A DNA stretch of 64,000 nucleotides, taken from Chiloscyllium plagiosum. Taxonomy: Eukaryota. Numbering within the stretch: position 1 is the stretch's first letter; every line of letters starts with the position of its first letter. The notes beneath the pieces are model-generated. The model worked only from the letters and a program-made list of their open reading frames with translations, did not search any database and was not told where the DNA came from. The translations under genes and the position numbers were made by a program. This document shows positions 37,916-52,569 of this stretch, piece after piece. The DNA is taken from contig NC_057752.1 of NCBI RefSeq assembly GCF_004010195.1, positions 8,425,180-8,489,179 on the forward strand, given 5' to 3'.

Positions 37916-40195
37916 ATGTTGTCTGCTGGTTTAATGGTGAGATTGGGGTTGGAGCAGAGGGAGTGGAGGGCTGTGCATTGCGAAGGTGAGAGGTTGGAGT
38001 GGATGGGGGGGGGGGTGGTCAGGTTGAGGCGGTCAATGTCACAATGGCAGTTGGAAATGAAGAAATAGAGGGCAGCTAACAGACCACCATGGGGTGTCCA
38101 GGTGAATGGGCTGTGTTGGAGGCAGGAGAAGGGGTCTTCGGAAGGTGGGCAGGAGTCCTGATGAAAAAAGTAAGCATAGAGGTGGAGGTGGCGAAAGAAA
38201 AGTTCAATGTCGCAACTGTGTTGAATTCATTGATCCGGAAGCGTGGGGGTATGAAGGTGAGGCTTTTGCTGAGAACTGATCGTTCACTCTCAGTGAGGGG
38301 GAGTTTGGGAGAATAGTGAAAATTTGGCAGGACCTCGGGTGGGGCTGGATCTGGGAGTGGGGGCAGAGACTGTATCTGGAGTGGGTGTGGTTCTGGGATC
38401 GTGGATGATGTCACCAATGGAAGTGACTCTCACCATAGGGGTCAGGGGGCAGCAGCGGTGCCTTCGGTGGCATCCACGGGGGAGGAAGTGACGTAACACG
38501 TGACATTCGCAATATCGTTGGCAGTGTTCTGGTGAGTGATGTCGGTGGTGGCGGAATGGCAAATCAAATATGATTAATCTACATTAGAGTGTTTTACCTA
38601 TAAGCCAAAATCATTATGAAACAAAGATATTTTTCAGGAAATTAAATCTTCAAAAGATTTGAACAATGGTACATAAATTTATAATGAATAAATTAAACTG
38701 TAAATTTCAATATAACGTGCATGAAATACCAACAGGTGGAAACCCGGAATAAACAAAACAGTGAGAATCAATTGAACAAAAGTAAAAATTAGCGAGGATA
38801 CACAAAATACGTTTTGCTTCATTATTTGCAAGAGCGATTGATATTTCAAAAAAAGAGAAATCCTGAATTGATTAAAGAAGTGAGATGAAATAAATATGAA
38901 AGGAAATCAAAAGATAAAGGAATTGAGCTAAAGCACAACAAAATGCTAGGACCTAATGGAATCCTGAAGTAAAGTGGGAAGAAATAACAGAGACCTGAGA
39001 ATGTATAATTGTGGGTTTTATTGCAGGCCAGAGTACTTGAAGACGTGGCTAACCTAATACCCATTTCAAGAGTAGCAAGTCGAAGCTAACCCAGGTAATT
39101 ACCATACAATCTTAAAAAAACAAAACTTTTCTTTTTCTCTTTTCTTGTATGTTTGCTCTGAAAAGGACAGCCCTGGTATATTTTCTGAAGGGTTCTTGTT
39201 CTGTGCCAATCTGTATCAACACTTTAGTCTCCTGGGAAACCTGATAAGAAAGCACAATAACCTGGTCAGGTTGGATTAGTTCACACTTGACACCCTATCT
39301 GTCTAATCTAACTGGTTCCTATAGAAAAGCTGCAAGAGGACTCTTGTGGTACGGTCGCAGTGTCCTGACCTCTGACCCAGGAGGCCTGGGTTCAAGTTTC
39401 ATCTGCTCCAGAGGTGTGCAATAACATCTCTGTTCCAAACTTAGTACACATGAAGCAAAGGAAAAAAAAATGGTTGCAATGGCAGAGATCTTGAGGCTTA
39501 TTCAGCTCATAACTTCCCCAAAGTTATTGCAGCAACGTATGGAGGATGCTGAATGAAGAATTAAAGTTACGTTTTCTGATTTCATTTACAAATTCAACTC
39601 AAAAAACACTTTGCACAATTATTTATCGTAGTATTCCGTACAGTTTGCATATTTTAGTTTTAGTTTTTACAAATATTTTTACATTATCCAAACTCGCTAC
39701 TACTCAGATTTCATTAAAGTGCTTCAAAAGAATACACTTCCTTCCTGTTAATATTGCTTGCACAGATATCAATATGTAGCGTATAAACACAGTCCTCTGG
39801 AGACTTTATTACCAACACAAATGCAAAGCAAGTATTTCCTCTGTAATTAATCGTCTGCTATAATATTACAGCAATGTAGGAGCAAATTACTGCAAATGCA
39901 AATGAAGTCATCTAGGCTCAAAACGTTAGCTGCTCTCTCTCCATGGATGCTGTCTGACCCGCTGTGATCTTCAGCATTTGTTGTTTTCAATATGACAGCA
40001 ATGCCCAGCGTGAAAACCTATTTGAGAATGTGAATCTGGACCCTTGTGCTGCTTATGATCAGAAGTTTGTTATTTTTCCACTGCAGTTGGCCTAATTAAT
40101 AGACTGTCCACAACCCTCTATTAACCGTAATTCTGAGTCAGATTCATTTCCCAAATAAATAACTAATTGAAAAATCAATTTTTAAAAATACTTAC

Positions 40196-40301
40196 ACTGA
40201 CAGTTAGATTTGCCCAAGGAACTGATGATCTTGTAATATTGTGCTTTTCCCAGTACGCTAGAGTTCTGTTGTCAGGATTACGAGGCTCTGTACATATACA
40301 G
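40196..40301 (-). CDS. slc4a8: SLC4A8 exon, extracellular loop 3: CICTEPRNPDNRTLAYWEKHNITRSSVPWANLTVS
   Basis: 106 bp, tag|C and AGT|gtaagt; found by manual translation (absent from the ORF track). Has the CxC motif and three N-glycosylation sequons (NRT, NIT, NLT); phases match neighbouring exons. Confidence 0.9.
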
Positions 40302-42329
40302 CTAAGGGGAATAGAAACAGAAAATTAAGCTCCATTTATATTGAAATTAGATGAGCATGCACCTGTTCATTTTGAACCAATTTTTTCTAAGGTATTAGCA
40401 CAGAAATAATTAAAATGCATTTCACCTGATAAGTGCTTTGTTATTTTAAACAAATGTAGTTGATCTACATACTTCAAATAGTCATAAATTATTTGCCTTA
40501 ATTACGTCCCTTTGACTGTGACTCTCCTCCTCATTTTTGCACAAACTGCTCAGACAGAATGGCAAAAAGAACATTGTCAGATATAATGTGTATTACCTTA
40601 TTGCCCATGATCAGCGTATTTTGTTCTGAAATTGATGCATGTTTTCAGTCCGTCTGAGTGTATCCTGATTAAATAAGTCCTGGAGCAAGCTTTTGAGAGT
40701 TTAAAAATAAAGTTATTTATTCCCTCACACCCGGATTTATAATGCAATGTCTCACACATTTGTTCTCCTGCACATACATAACGATAGTACACTTTTACAA
40801 TTCATGTTTTACTCAGGCTCTGGTTTACAATCTCCAATCTCTCTCATGCCAACGTGTAGTTTCGGTGCTTTGAAGTTGAAGCAAGGGTCTTGTAAAGCAA
40901 TGGATTCTCAGCAGGCCATGAGGTTTCTTGCAGTTGAATTTCTCAGGAGGTTGGTTCTCAGATGAAATTTGATTGGACCAGGTTCAGGGTGAGAGTCCTT
41001 CTTAACTGGTATCTCCCACTTCCAAGGTCTTGCTGTTAACTACCTCACTCACTTTAATGCCTTGTAGCTACTTCAACAGATGTCTGGTGATCTGTCTGTA
41101 AACGGCTTCAGTTCATTTTAGAAGTAGATAACAAGTCTCCCTCATTGTTTGCCTTCTTACAATTTAAAAGCCCTTTTCTAACTAAGGGAGTGGTGGTTAT
41201 GTTGATTACATATTCTGTCTTGTGGGTCAACACTCCTTGGGATTCAAGTTCAGAAGTCACATGACACCAGGTTATAGTCAACAGGTTTATTTGAAATAAC
41301 AAGCTTTTGGAGTGCTGCTCCTCTATCAGGTTATGCTCCAGAACTATTACTCCATCCTCATTCTGTTTCCTTTGGGATGAGTTTTTCTCCAATCTGCGCC
41401 ATGTCTTTTGGCACACAACTGCCCATAGCTCAGTAGTCAGCTTCTGCTGCACTGCATTTTGGCACCCAACTAGGTGAGACATCTTCGTCACTCTTTGTCT
41501 GCTGGTTTGAGAACTTTTGAATCCTGAAAGCAGTAGGTGTCTATTAACCAGATTTCTGACTTAGCTCTTAATTCATCATAAATTCTGAGTACCTTGGTTT
41601 GGCCTGGCCTCTTTAAATTGAATTGGCTTGATTATACCCGTTTAGCTTTTACTGGTTCTATTTTCTTTTCACCTGTATATAGGTTCTCTTGACTGCTGTA
41701 AAGCCCTTTCGCTTTTATTTTTTTCTCTCTGATCCTGAATCACACTATCGCTCTAAGATGTTATAGACTTTCTCAGCTCCTTGTAACTGAGCATTCCCTA
41801 CACTGAGGAGACAGTGAGGTGTGCAGATGCTGGAGATCAGAGTTGAGTGTGTGTTGCTGGAAGAGCACAGCAGATCAGGCAGCACCCGAGGAACAGGAAA
41901 ATCGACATTTCTGGCTGGAGCCCTTCATCAGGAATCCCTACAATGGATCTACTCTTTCCATCGGTAAGCTCAGAAAATCCTGACCATTACTACACCAATG
42001 ACCAACTTATTTTACAGGTGAATTTTTTACTTAGGGAACACTTAAACCTTCCTCCATAAGGTCAAGAGTGGGGATGTGCAATCATCAGTGAACAATGTTC
42101 AGCACCATTCGTGAATCCTCAGATACTGAAGCTGTCTATTTCCAAATTCAGCAAGACTTGGACAAATATTCAGCTTGGGTTGAAAAGTGGCAAGTAACAT
42201 TTGTGGCACACAAATGCCAGGTAATGACCATCTCCAACAAAGAGAATCTAATCAGTGCCCCTTGACATTCAATGGTATTACCATTGCTATATCCCCCACT
42301 ATCAACATCTTGGAGTTTGTCTATGTGAA

Positions 42330-43140
42330 TTTTAAGGCTGTACACAAAGGCAGTTTTTGGACACCCCTATTTGTACTAATGCTCTTAACCCTTCATTCAT
42401 GGATGCAGTCATTTTAAGGGTGTGCACCCACCTGTCAAATGAATTTGAGGAGTGTCTGAGTGGGATTTGTTTCAGAATTGTTGGCAATACAAGTTCATAG
42501 ACACTTAGGATCGCAGCCTTCACCTGTTCCTAACTAGCAGAACTCTCGGCAGGTAACATAGAATAAATCTCATGTGCATTTCCTACTCGCAGAGCATGTA
42601 TCTTAAGTGTCCAAGGTTCTGCTGGTCATTTTAACTGACTAGACAGTTTCACAAAGGCTGTGAAGAAGATTTCCACATCCTCTTCAAACTTGGGGACGAG
42701 TCAGGAAAATGTTAGGAAATTAAAGTTCTTTTTGGGCTAAGGTGATTTAAATTACCACTGGGTAAAGTCAATTCAAGCTGCCCCAATCTGTCTCAGTTCC
42801 CTTCTCTGCCTGTAATTCTTGCTCAAGCTGGAAAGTATGTTCCTCCACTCCTTTCTCTCCTGGAATTCTCTCTCTTTCTCTTTGATCTCCCCTTTCCTGT
42901 CTTATTCTTTTGCCTGAAACTCTACACTCCATGCTGCCAGGCAAATTTGAGTTACTTCATCTGTTTTAGATTCTGTATGCTCCACCTAATCAAATTCATG
43001 GTGAGGCCAAGATGCTCAGCTAGCTTTTTTAGTATCTTGAGGGCTTCTGTGCTTTATTGTGTATATTTAGTCCTACCTGCTTAGTTATAGCCTTCAGCTG
43101 TTCTATGTTAATGCTAATTTTAGTCAATTAATTGTTCATG
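42330..43140 (-). mobile_element. Degenerate Gypsy (Gmr1-like) gag
   Basis: Manual translation LVPKFEEDVEIFF..F.KL...PAEPW....GNAHEIYSML...EQVKAAILSVYELV. Confidence 0.6.
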
Positions 43141-43366
43141 TTGCACAAGTGCTTTTATATTATACCTTCTTTGGTTAGTATCCACAAAGATTATTGCTGT
43201 AATTTTTTTTTGTTTTTGATTCAAACCTTTGGCTATCTCACTTTTCCCTGCTACTTCCAACTTTCTCTTAAAGTCAGAGTTGGCTCATTTACAATGAATT
43301 TATTCCAGCCTACAAGTCTGTCATGGACTGAATGTATGTGCTCCCTTACTGCCTATGTTTTGTGAT

Positions 43367-43868
43367 TCTGTCTGCATCTCTGCTTACTGGGTATTGCCAC
43401 CAATTACTAGGGTTGCTGGAAAATACTTGCAGCTACATTGATGGCTTCTGGGTGGAACTGCCTATGTTTCGTCAGGAAGAGGTGTGTGTGTGTGTGTGTG
43501 CGCCCTATGAAATGATTCCAATAGTGAGCTTTGATGAGTTTAAAAATGAACCGGGTTTTTATTCTCACGCACTTGCTCGGGATTTAAAGAGCAAACACAC
43601 ACCCCATTACAGTCTGAGTTTCCTGTCTAACAGAACTATAGCTCCTTGTATAGTTTTACTGCTCTTAAGTCAAAGTGAAGGTCTTGTGAAGCAGGTTTCT
43701 GGTAATTGACCTTTTGGAGATCGGTTCTCAGAGTAACTTTAACCGAAACAAGTTAGAGGAGTCCTCAATTCTATCTGCATCTCTGCTTACTGGGTATTGC
43801 TACTAATTACCAGGGCTGCTGGAAAATACTTGCAGCTACATTGATGGCTTTTCAGGTGGAACTGTCTG
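43367..43868. repeat. ~100-bp direct repeat pair
   Basis: ctgcatctctgcttactgggtattgc...gcagctacattgatggctt at about 43367-43467 and 43770-43868. Confidence 0.75.
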
Positions 43869-43984
43869 CAAACATCTTCCAGCTAATTTTAAAAGTAGAC
43901 AGCATCATGACTCACTCATGTGATTTCTTAATATGTCAATCATTTTCTGAAAAAGTGAGTAGTATTTGAGTAAATTACATATCT

Positions 43985-46360
43985 CATAGAACACAGAAAA
44001 TTACAGTGCAGTACAGGCCCCTCAGCCCTCGATGTTGTGCTGCTCTGTGAAACCAATCTGAATCCCATCTCACCTAAACTATTCCATTCTCGTCCATATG
44101 TCTATCCAATAACTATTTAAATGCCCTTAAAGTTGGCGAGTCTATTACTGTTGCAGGCAGTGCGTTCCACATCCCTACTACTCCCTGAGTAAAGAACTTA
44201 CCTCTGACATCTGTCCTATATCTATCATCCCTCAATTTAAAGCTGTGCCCCCTCATGCTAGCCATCACCATCCTCGGAAAAAGGCTCTCACTGTCCACCC
44301 TATCTAGCCCTCTGATTATCTTATATGTCTCAATTAAGTCACCTCTCCACCTTCTTCTCTCTGATGAAAACAGCGTCAAGTCCCTCAGCCTTTCCTCGTA
44401 AGACCTTCCTTCCATACCAGGCAACATCCAAATAAATTTCCTCTGAACACTTTCCAAAGCTTCCACATCCTTCCTATAATGCGATGACCAGAACTGTACG
44501 CAGTACTCCAAGTGCGGCCACACCAGAGTTTTGTACAGCTGTAGCATGACCTTATGGGTCCGAAACTCAATCCCTCCACCACTAAAAGCTAACAAACTGT
44601 ATGCCTTCTTAACAACCCTATCAACCTGGGTGACAACTTCCAAGGATCTATGTACCTGGACACCGAGATCCCTCTGCTCATCTACACTACCAAGAATCTT
44701 ACCATCAGCCCAGTATTTGCATTCCTGTTACTCCTTCCAAAGTGAATCACCTCACACTTTTCCGCACTAAACTCCTTTTGCCACCTCTCGGCCCAATTAT
44801 TTATGTTCCTCTGTTACCTGCAACATCCTTCGGCACTATCCACAACTCCGTCCACCTTAGTGTCATCTGCAAATTTACTAATCCGTCCTTCTATGCACTC
44901 ATCCAGGTCATTTATAAAAATGTCAAACAGCAGTGGACCCAAAACAGATCCTTGTGGTACACCACTAGCAGCTGAACACCAGGATGAACATTTCCCATCA
45001 ACCACTACCCTCTGTCTTCTTTCAGCTAGTCAATTTCTGATCCAAACCGCTAAATCAACTTCAATCCCATGCCTCCGTATTTTGTGCAATAGCCTATCAT
45101 GAGGAACCTTATCAAACACCTTACTGAAATCCATACACACCACATCAACTGCTTTACCCTCATCCACTTGTTTGGTCACCTTCTCAAAGAACTCAATAAG
45201 GTTTGAGAGGCACAACCCACCCTTCACAACACCGTGTTGGCTATCCCTAATCAACTTATTCCTTTCTTGATGATTATAAATCCTATCTCTTATAACCCTC
45301 TCCAACACTTTACCCACAACTGAAGTAAGGTTCACTGGTCTATAATTAACAGGGTTGTCTCTACTCCCCTTCTTGAACATTTGCTATCCTCCAGTCTTCT
45401 GGTACTATTCCTGTAGACAATGGCGACATAAAGATCAAAGCCAAAGGCTCGGCAATCTCCTCCCTGGCTTCCCAGACAATCCAAGGATAAATTCCATCTG
45501 GCCCAGGGGACTTACCTGTTTTTACACTTTCCAGAATTGCTAACGCCTCCTCCTTTTGAACCTCAATCCCATCTAGTTTAGTAGCCTGTATCTTAATATT
45601 CTCCTCGACCACATTATCTTTTTCTAGTGTGAATACCGATGAAAAGTATTGATTTAGCGCTTCTCCTATCTCCTCTGACTCCACGCACAACTTCCCACCA
45701 GTATCCTTGATTGGCCCTAATCTTACTCTAGTCATTCTTTTATTTCTGATATACCTATAGAAAGCCTTAGGGTTCTTCTTGATCCTATCTGCCAACAACT
45801 TCTCATATCCCTTCCTGGCTCTTCTTAGGTCTCTCTTTAGGTCGTTCCTGGCCAACTTGTAACTTCAAAGTTTGTGAGAAGATTTGTAGCTCGGGTGCTC
45901 GTTGCTGTGGTTCTGTTCGCCGAGCTGGAAATTTTTGTTGCAAACGTTTCGTCCCCTGTCTAGGTGACATCCTCAATGCTTGGGAGCCTCCTGTGAAGCG
46001 CTTCTTGTAACTCTCAAGCACCCTAACTGAGCCATCACTTCTCATCCTAACATAAGCCGCCTCCTTCCTCTTGACAAGAGATTCAATATCCTTAGTAAAC
46101 CATGGCTCCCGCACTCAACAACTTCCTCCCTGCCTGACCAGTACATACTTATCAAGGATCCGTAGTAGCTGTTCCTTGAATAAGCTCCACATTTCAATTG
46201 TGTCCATCCCTTGTAGTTTTCTTCCCCATTCTATGCATCCTAAATCCTGCCTAATTGCATCGTAATTGCTTTTTCCTCAACCATAACTCTTGCCCTGCAG
46301 TATATACCTATCCCCTTCCAACACTAAAGTAAACATAACCGAATTGTGATCACTATCACT
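43985..46360 (-). mobile_element. CR1 LINE ORF2 3' two-thirds
   Basis: [41 protein letters not shown] motifs. Confidence 0.9.
45865..46003 (-). mobile_element. Penelope (second family) pLTR fragment, 9-bp TSD
   Basis: Homologous to about 29600-29740; CTTGTAACT at 45856-45864 and 46004-46012. Confidence 0.75.
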
Positions 46361-47272
46361 AATAGATTATGGGTTTTAAGGCAGTCAGTGTCTTTGTTTC
46401 TGAATGACCCATTCAATTGACAGCTTTTTGATTGGTTTCAGGGAAAGCACTGGTTCACATCAGTCTGGGTGCTTCTCTCTGTCCTCTCAAGATGGGGGGA
46501 GCGATTCCAATCGATAAAAGAAGTTAGGTGATCTTGGGCAGCCATCCTTTCCATCCTATATGTACAGTTTTGAAATGTAAAATAAGTTTCAAGTCCAGAA
46601 TAGGACTGAGCATGACAGTATTCCATATTACATCAGGGTTAAGTTCATCCACTGCAAAAAACAAATCAGTCATTTATATGGAAAATGGACTGTATTTTCG
46701 GCTTAACAGTAGCATGCTGTTAGTGGCAAATGAACACTCATAATGCTTCGTATGTTTCTCAGACATTTGAGATACCTTGCCACTCCAGAATAATCAGAGA
46801 TATACTGGCACTTTTCAGGACTGAAAGTGATGGCTTTAGACGCATACACAGTGAAACAACCTCCAAATTCTTACTGGCCCAAAACCTCCAATCAGTGTTG
46901 GAACCGCTGCCTCTGACACTGACCAAGCAGAAAACTCTGCATTTAACTGGATACTTAAAAACTTCAACTTCTGACGCAGCATTCAGAAGAACTGTCTGGG
47001 TGCAGAAATCATGCAGAAAGCAATGAAAAGAATCAAGGCAGCTGGCACACCCCCTCTGTATGGCACTAGCTGCTTACAATAAGGCAACTTTAGATGTTTA
47101 GAGTGAACATAAGTGAATGGATGCACATCTGTGTGGATGAATGACTGAATGATAGATGGTTTGAGTGGATAGGTGGCTTGAAGGGAGAGCTAGGTAGAGG
47201 GGCAAGTGAGTTGGACTGTTAATGCTGCAGGAGGGGAAAATGTTGGCAAGAAATATAAATGACAATGCTTAC

Positions 47273-47518
47273 AAGTACTGAGTAAGTTGGTCCAAATTTG
47301 TGTGCATGTTGAAAGAATAAATTTCTCCCAAATGGATCAGCTTTTCCAGGGCTTCATAGATGAAGATTATGCAGATGAGAGAAGCAAATGCTTCCTCAGT
47401 GAAACGAGTTATATAACAAACAAGAGAGCTTGCATCAGTGGCAACAAGCAAGATACACAGGAAAGATGTCCAAAGTCCAATATTCGCTCTCAAGGACAGG
47501 TAGGATAAATTGTAGTCC
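47273..47518 (-). CDS. slc4a8: SLC4A8 exon, DYNLSYLSLR...ITRFTEEAF...LDQLTQY(F)
   Basis: 246 bp, tag|G and TT|gtaagc; YITRFTEEAFASLICIIFIYEA motif; EKLIHL is SLC4A8-like. Confidence 0.93.
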
Positions 47519-50500
47519 CTACAAAAAGGAAAGAGATAATCCAATTAAAAGAAATGCAAAATTAAGTCAAATAAGAGGAACATTCTGAATTCTAATGGTC
47601 ATCTCGACATCAATGTCAGTTTACTAACTCAAGCTGTGCTAATCTTCCCTGCTGTAGAAGTGCATACAAAGCAAGTATGGTAGCTTTGCTAGAATAGGGG
47701 AGTGGGAGAAGATGCATTTAAATTGGGCAGACAACATAGTACAAATGTCTACAAAGTTTAGATCTGCAGTTTTAAACATTTATGTTAGGGTAGCAAATCT
47801 GTCAAGTCAGATAGAGTGCGGCTCAACAGGTTTTGCTCTAATATGATGAATGCTAATACATATTCTATCTTGCAGAAATTGATATATCTAACCAGTTTCC
47901 TTGTTTTAAGACTGAATGTTTTAGGATATTTTGTATTGGAGGTGAAATATCAGTAATGAGGAGTGGAGCACTTTGTGATCTCTTCTTTGGAACCCAATCA
48001 AATACTTCTATGGCAAGGGTGAAATTTGCATTCAAGGCACCCTAATCTCTCAAAATAGGCTCTTACTTCAGCAGTCATCCTTAGGATTCTCCTATTGATT
48101 TTCCTTATTCCATTTTAAGAAGTATGAACTGGAACTCAGCTCAGATGGGATCCTTCTAGTCAACACAGAGACTGTCATCTCCTTGGCCTAAGGTGAATTT
48201 GTATCTAGGTAGTATAAGATTTGGACCGAAGGTTGGTGCCCATCATAATTAGTCAGACCTAACTAGGAAAGATGCTGAGGCATCTGCATTCTGAACAGTA
48301 ATTAGTACAGCCTGTTAATGATTTACACAAGGTACTTAAGACATCACCATCTTCATCGGAGGCTAAGCAGGAAGTCCTTCCCATATGACCTCTGATATCA
48401 CATAAGGTGAAGTTACTCCCATTCCAAACCTTTCAAAACTTCTCATACTACACCTCTTAAGTCTTTGTCCCAATTATTTTGCTGATATTCATTTTTGTAA
48501 TCATATTTGAATACTACCTCATCTATTCCACACTTTTCCCATATCATTGACTATATCTCCACTAGAATAAAAATGTTAACTTGTGCTTCAGGTTTGTTGT
48601 CTAATCTTGAAGCAACCCTTTAGAATTTTTCTTCTCCATAATTCCCCATCTTATGTCAAATTTGGGGGTCCATTGTTTTGTTTAAATCTTCATGGCAGAA
48701 AAAAGTCTTCTAAATTCAATTCTTCATTTCTAAAGTTATTAGCTGTATCTGTTTCGTTCTTTAAACTTTTTTTTCAGTAAAGGAATTTCTTTCTTGTTTC
48801 GGACTCTCTCTATGACTTTTTTTATTCTTATTTTTTACAGTGGGCTTGTTCTGCGTTGAAATTCTTCAATCATTTTAAAAGTTTTACTTAACTTCTGAAA
48901 GATCAACCTTCTTTTTCTCTGTGCTTCCAGCAGTATTTTAAATGGTCATCTTTATAAGAATTGTATTCTAAACTGGGATATGTCTCGCTGACCTGTTTCT
49001 GCCTCATGTTTCTGTTGGGATTTAAATTTTGGGTAACCATTTAGCTTGAGTATTCTGCACCACTTCCTAAACTTTTTTTCTTTTTTCATTAAGCCTGTGT
49101 ATGTTCTATAACTAATCCTTAAACTTCAGCTCACTGGCTGAAACCTAGCATCAGGTCCTTCTGGTAAGAAAAGATTTTGTGCTTTCTGTGCTTCTCTCTT
49201 CAAATCTATTGTTAGTTCTTCTTGGGGGGAAAAGAAATGATTGAACCTATTTTAAGTTGGCTCCACTACAGCAGGTAGTGGAATTTGCTAGGTAATAAAT
49301 CTATAAATCTATATTCTCAGTAATAGTGCTCATGAGACTATTATCAATTGTTACAAAACCTCATCTGCTTCAGTAATGTCCTTATTGTGAAAGAAATCTG
49401 ACACCTTTACTGAATTTAGCTAACATGTGACTCCAAACCCAAATGCAGTTGACTCTGAAATGGCTCATCAAGTCACTCCGTTTCAAAGGCATTTAGGGAT
49501 AAGCAACAAATTCTGGTCTTGCCAGCAACATCTCCAAGTTGTGGATGAAAATAAATCACAACCCCCATATAATCTCCATGTCAACCCATGCTGCTATGGC
49601 ACTTTAAAGCTCCTATTCCCTCCACCAGCAACCATGGATCTTTGCTAATTTGTTTTTGTTCCCCCCCCCCCCCCCACCCTCCATGGCCCTTGATTAGCGT
49701 TCCTTCTGATTTTCTTTCTGATGCATGGACCTCTGAAATCTGTGCGTGACAGCAACTTCTAGAACTTTAAGTCACTGCTGTGATTGGCATGCTGACACTG
49801 ATCCCCATGCATGGAACTTTAGATCAGCACAGTTTCAAGGGAATGTTGCCCTTGATAGTCCTTATGCCAACCTATGCTCTAGTACCCAAACCTATGGTCT
49901 TTTATAGCCTGTCTGCCAACCTATGCCCTCCACCCACATGGCTCTTTATATTCTCTATGCCAATAGTGCCAATTCATGCATCATCTCCACTCCACCACCC
50001 TTTGCCATTACACTTATCATGCAAACCCACCCAGTATTCAACATGAGGACACCTCAGGATACACACTGAGACAAGATAAAATAAAACTTTTAAGCATGTT
50101 TTGAGAATTCACTATGTTTAAAAAAAAAATACTCATTGATAAACACCCATTCACTATGCTTATCTTCCTTTCATCTCTTAGGAAAACAAATATTTGAATT
50201 CATAATCCTATCTCAAATGGTCTATAATCACTTAAAGCTGTCAATCAAACTATGAACCAAGAGACCCCGGCTATGATAATGAAAACTAAGTCATGCAGTG
50301 CTAATCCTGTAATCATAGCCCTCTCACTTGCTAAAATATTTAAAAATATTTTAAAGTGGTAGGAACTTTAAATGCCTTGACAGCTTAACAGCTCTGTTAT
50401 CAGTTCCTGGTTACAGCTCAAATGTGTTTATGGACTGTTTACGTATATCTGTTTCAACTATTCACAATCCCAAAGGGTACCTGACCTCCCTCAAAAGTGT

Positions 50501-51437
50501 CCTGCAACCATATCCATAAAAGTATCTTACCTCTTCAAAAGGCTACACAATTAATTCAAGCAAATCTGCATAGTTTAGACCAAGCCTAATCTGCATGCCA
50601 TCTTTTCCAGTCCTGGCTGATGAAAAACATAAATGACTGGAGGCAGCTGCTGTTTGATATTGGCAGTTGCTGCCATGAACCTGATATACAATATGGAATC
50701 TCTCCATACTCTCCTTGCCCCTGCAAAAATGTTAGCTGCCATGTTGAAAGGCAGAGCTTTGAGAGCCACTTTCACAATGACATGAAAGCTCTCCATATCA
50801 TAAAAGTTCAGCCTGTGTATTGATGAGTACAATGTGGGGAACTAATGGGAAAGGCACAGAGTGTGACAATATAATGAAACCAAATATATACAGGTAAAAT
50901 GACAAGAGCTGAAGCATGGTTGTATCTGCTAATAATTATGTTTCTGCACCTAGTTGGCTTAACAAGTTTTCCTTCCAACACTAAAAATTACAACAAAACT
51001 TTGAAAAACAATCTGAACTGTACAGAAGAAAAATGTGGTGTTCAAATTGTTTGATTAATTTAAACAGATTACTGATGTCAGGATTTGTTTCTTTGAGCCA
51101 AAGCTTTTCAAAATGAAGTTTCAGGCTCTGGAATTTTGAGGTTTGTAAGACAATCCAATTTCTGTACTATTCCAAATTGAGAGCTGGCTTACTGGCACGC
51201 TATTTTATTAAATGTTTCTAAACAAAAATATGTTCAACAATGTTAGTACAGTTTTGATTTGGGTAGCTGGTGTGGTCTTCCAGACATTGGCACATGTGGA
51301 TGTTCTAATATTTGAAGGGGTCTCTTGGAACTTGTCAATGGTTACATAGGCTTTTTCACTCAGAGGAATACTGGTTCAAGTAATACGCACCCTGCATTGC
51401 TTTGCAGCTTTATAAATGCCTCCAAACAGTAACTTAC

Positions 51438-51571
51438 TTGCAGAATTTGAATAAAATCTTTTCAAACACCAGCACAGGACCTGTACTGCCCAGAATAGTA
51501 AGAGGTTGGCCAGCAAAGAGAGAATATGCTATTCCTGTCATGGAAGCCCCAAACAGAGACTCAATTGCACT
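51438..51571 (-). CDS. slc4a8: SLC4A8 exon, [13 protein letters not shown]...FEKILFKFC(K)
   Basis: 134 bp, cag|AGT and AA|gtaagt; motif [17 protein letters not shown]. Confidence 0.93.
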
Positions 51572-52569
51572 CTGAAAAAGATGAAAAATATATGTAACCA
51601 TGACCGAAACAGATAAATTCATTGAAGGAAGTAGGACAAGTCAAAAATACTAAGTCCAAACTGACATCCTGGGCTTTATAAATACCTGGATGCATACATC
51701 ATATTCGCAAGAAAATGATACTAACTTTTCACTGGTTTACCCCAGTTAGAGCATTGTATCCAGTTCTGGGCGTTGTACTGTAGGAAGCTGTCAAAACTTT
51801 GGAGATGGTGCAAAGGATATTTACGAGAACAGTACCCAATATTTGGTAACTCAGTTATGTGGAGAGGTTAAAGTATATGGGAGCAGAGAAGGTTGAAGGG
51901 AGATTTAATAGAGGCATTCAAAATTCTGAGGGTGATTTGATAGAATAAATAAGGAAAAAACTTTCAGAAGGATTAGTAACCAAAGAAAACATAATTAAGA
52001 TGACAGGCAAGACATAAAATACAGGAAGGGAGTGAAGAAAATAGATTTTAAGAAAGTTATAACCTGCAATGATTTGAAAGGTGGTGGAAGCAGACTTAAT
52101 AGTCACTTTTTCTAGAGGGGATTGAACATGCACAGTGGAACTACATGTTGGGGTCCAAAAAGTGAAGTAATCATATAGGTGAATTATGTTAATAAGATAA
52201 CTTTTATTTTTTCCTATTTTTAACTAGCAAAATGACAATTTAACTAAAGATTTACCTCTTTTGGGAACCATGAGGCACCCATGCAAAAAGTGAATTATGG
52301 TATTTGAATCACATGATAATTGACTTCCATTGTACTTGAAAATAAGAAATTTGCAAGGCTATGGAAAGAAAGTGTGAGAAACTAATTAGACAGCTCTTTT
52401 AAAAAGTCTGTGCAGATTTGGGGTGAATGACCTCTTTCTATTCAGTAAAATTAGAGGACTGGTTATAAAGAGATTATTGTACAAGTAGGATATAACCAAG
52501 CAGCCATTTAAAAAAAAACAATATCTGACAGTCAACTACTTGCTGCATAAGATCACAAGAGATAGTAGC

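Larger units (their letters stand above)
34300..38560 (-). mobile_element. Penelope-like element interrupted by a CR1
   Basis: GPSYACLFVGY, FLRYINN, HPGLKFTW and GIY-YIG C-terminus in 34300-36120; N-terminal part at 37916-38560. Confidence 0.8.
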
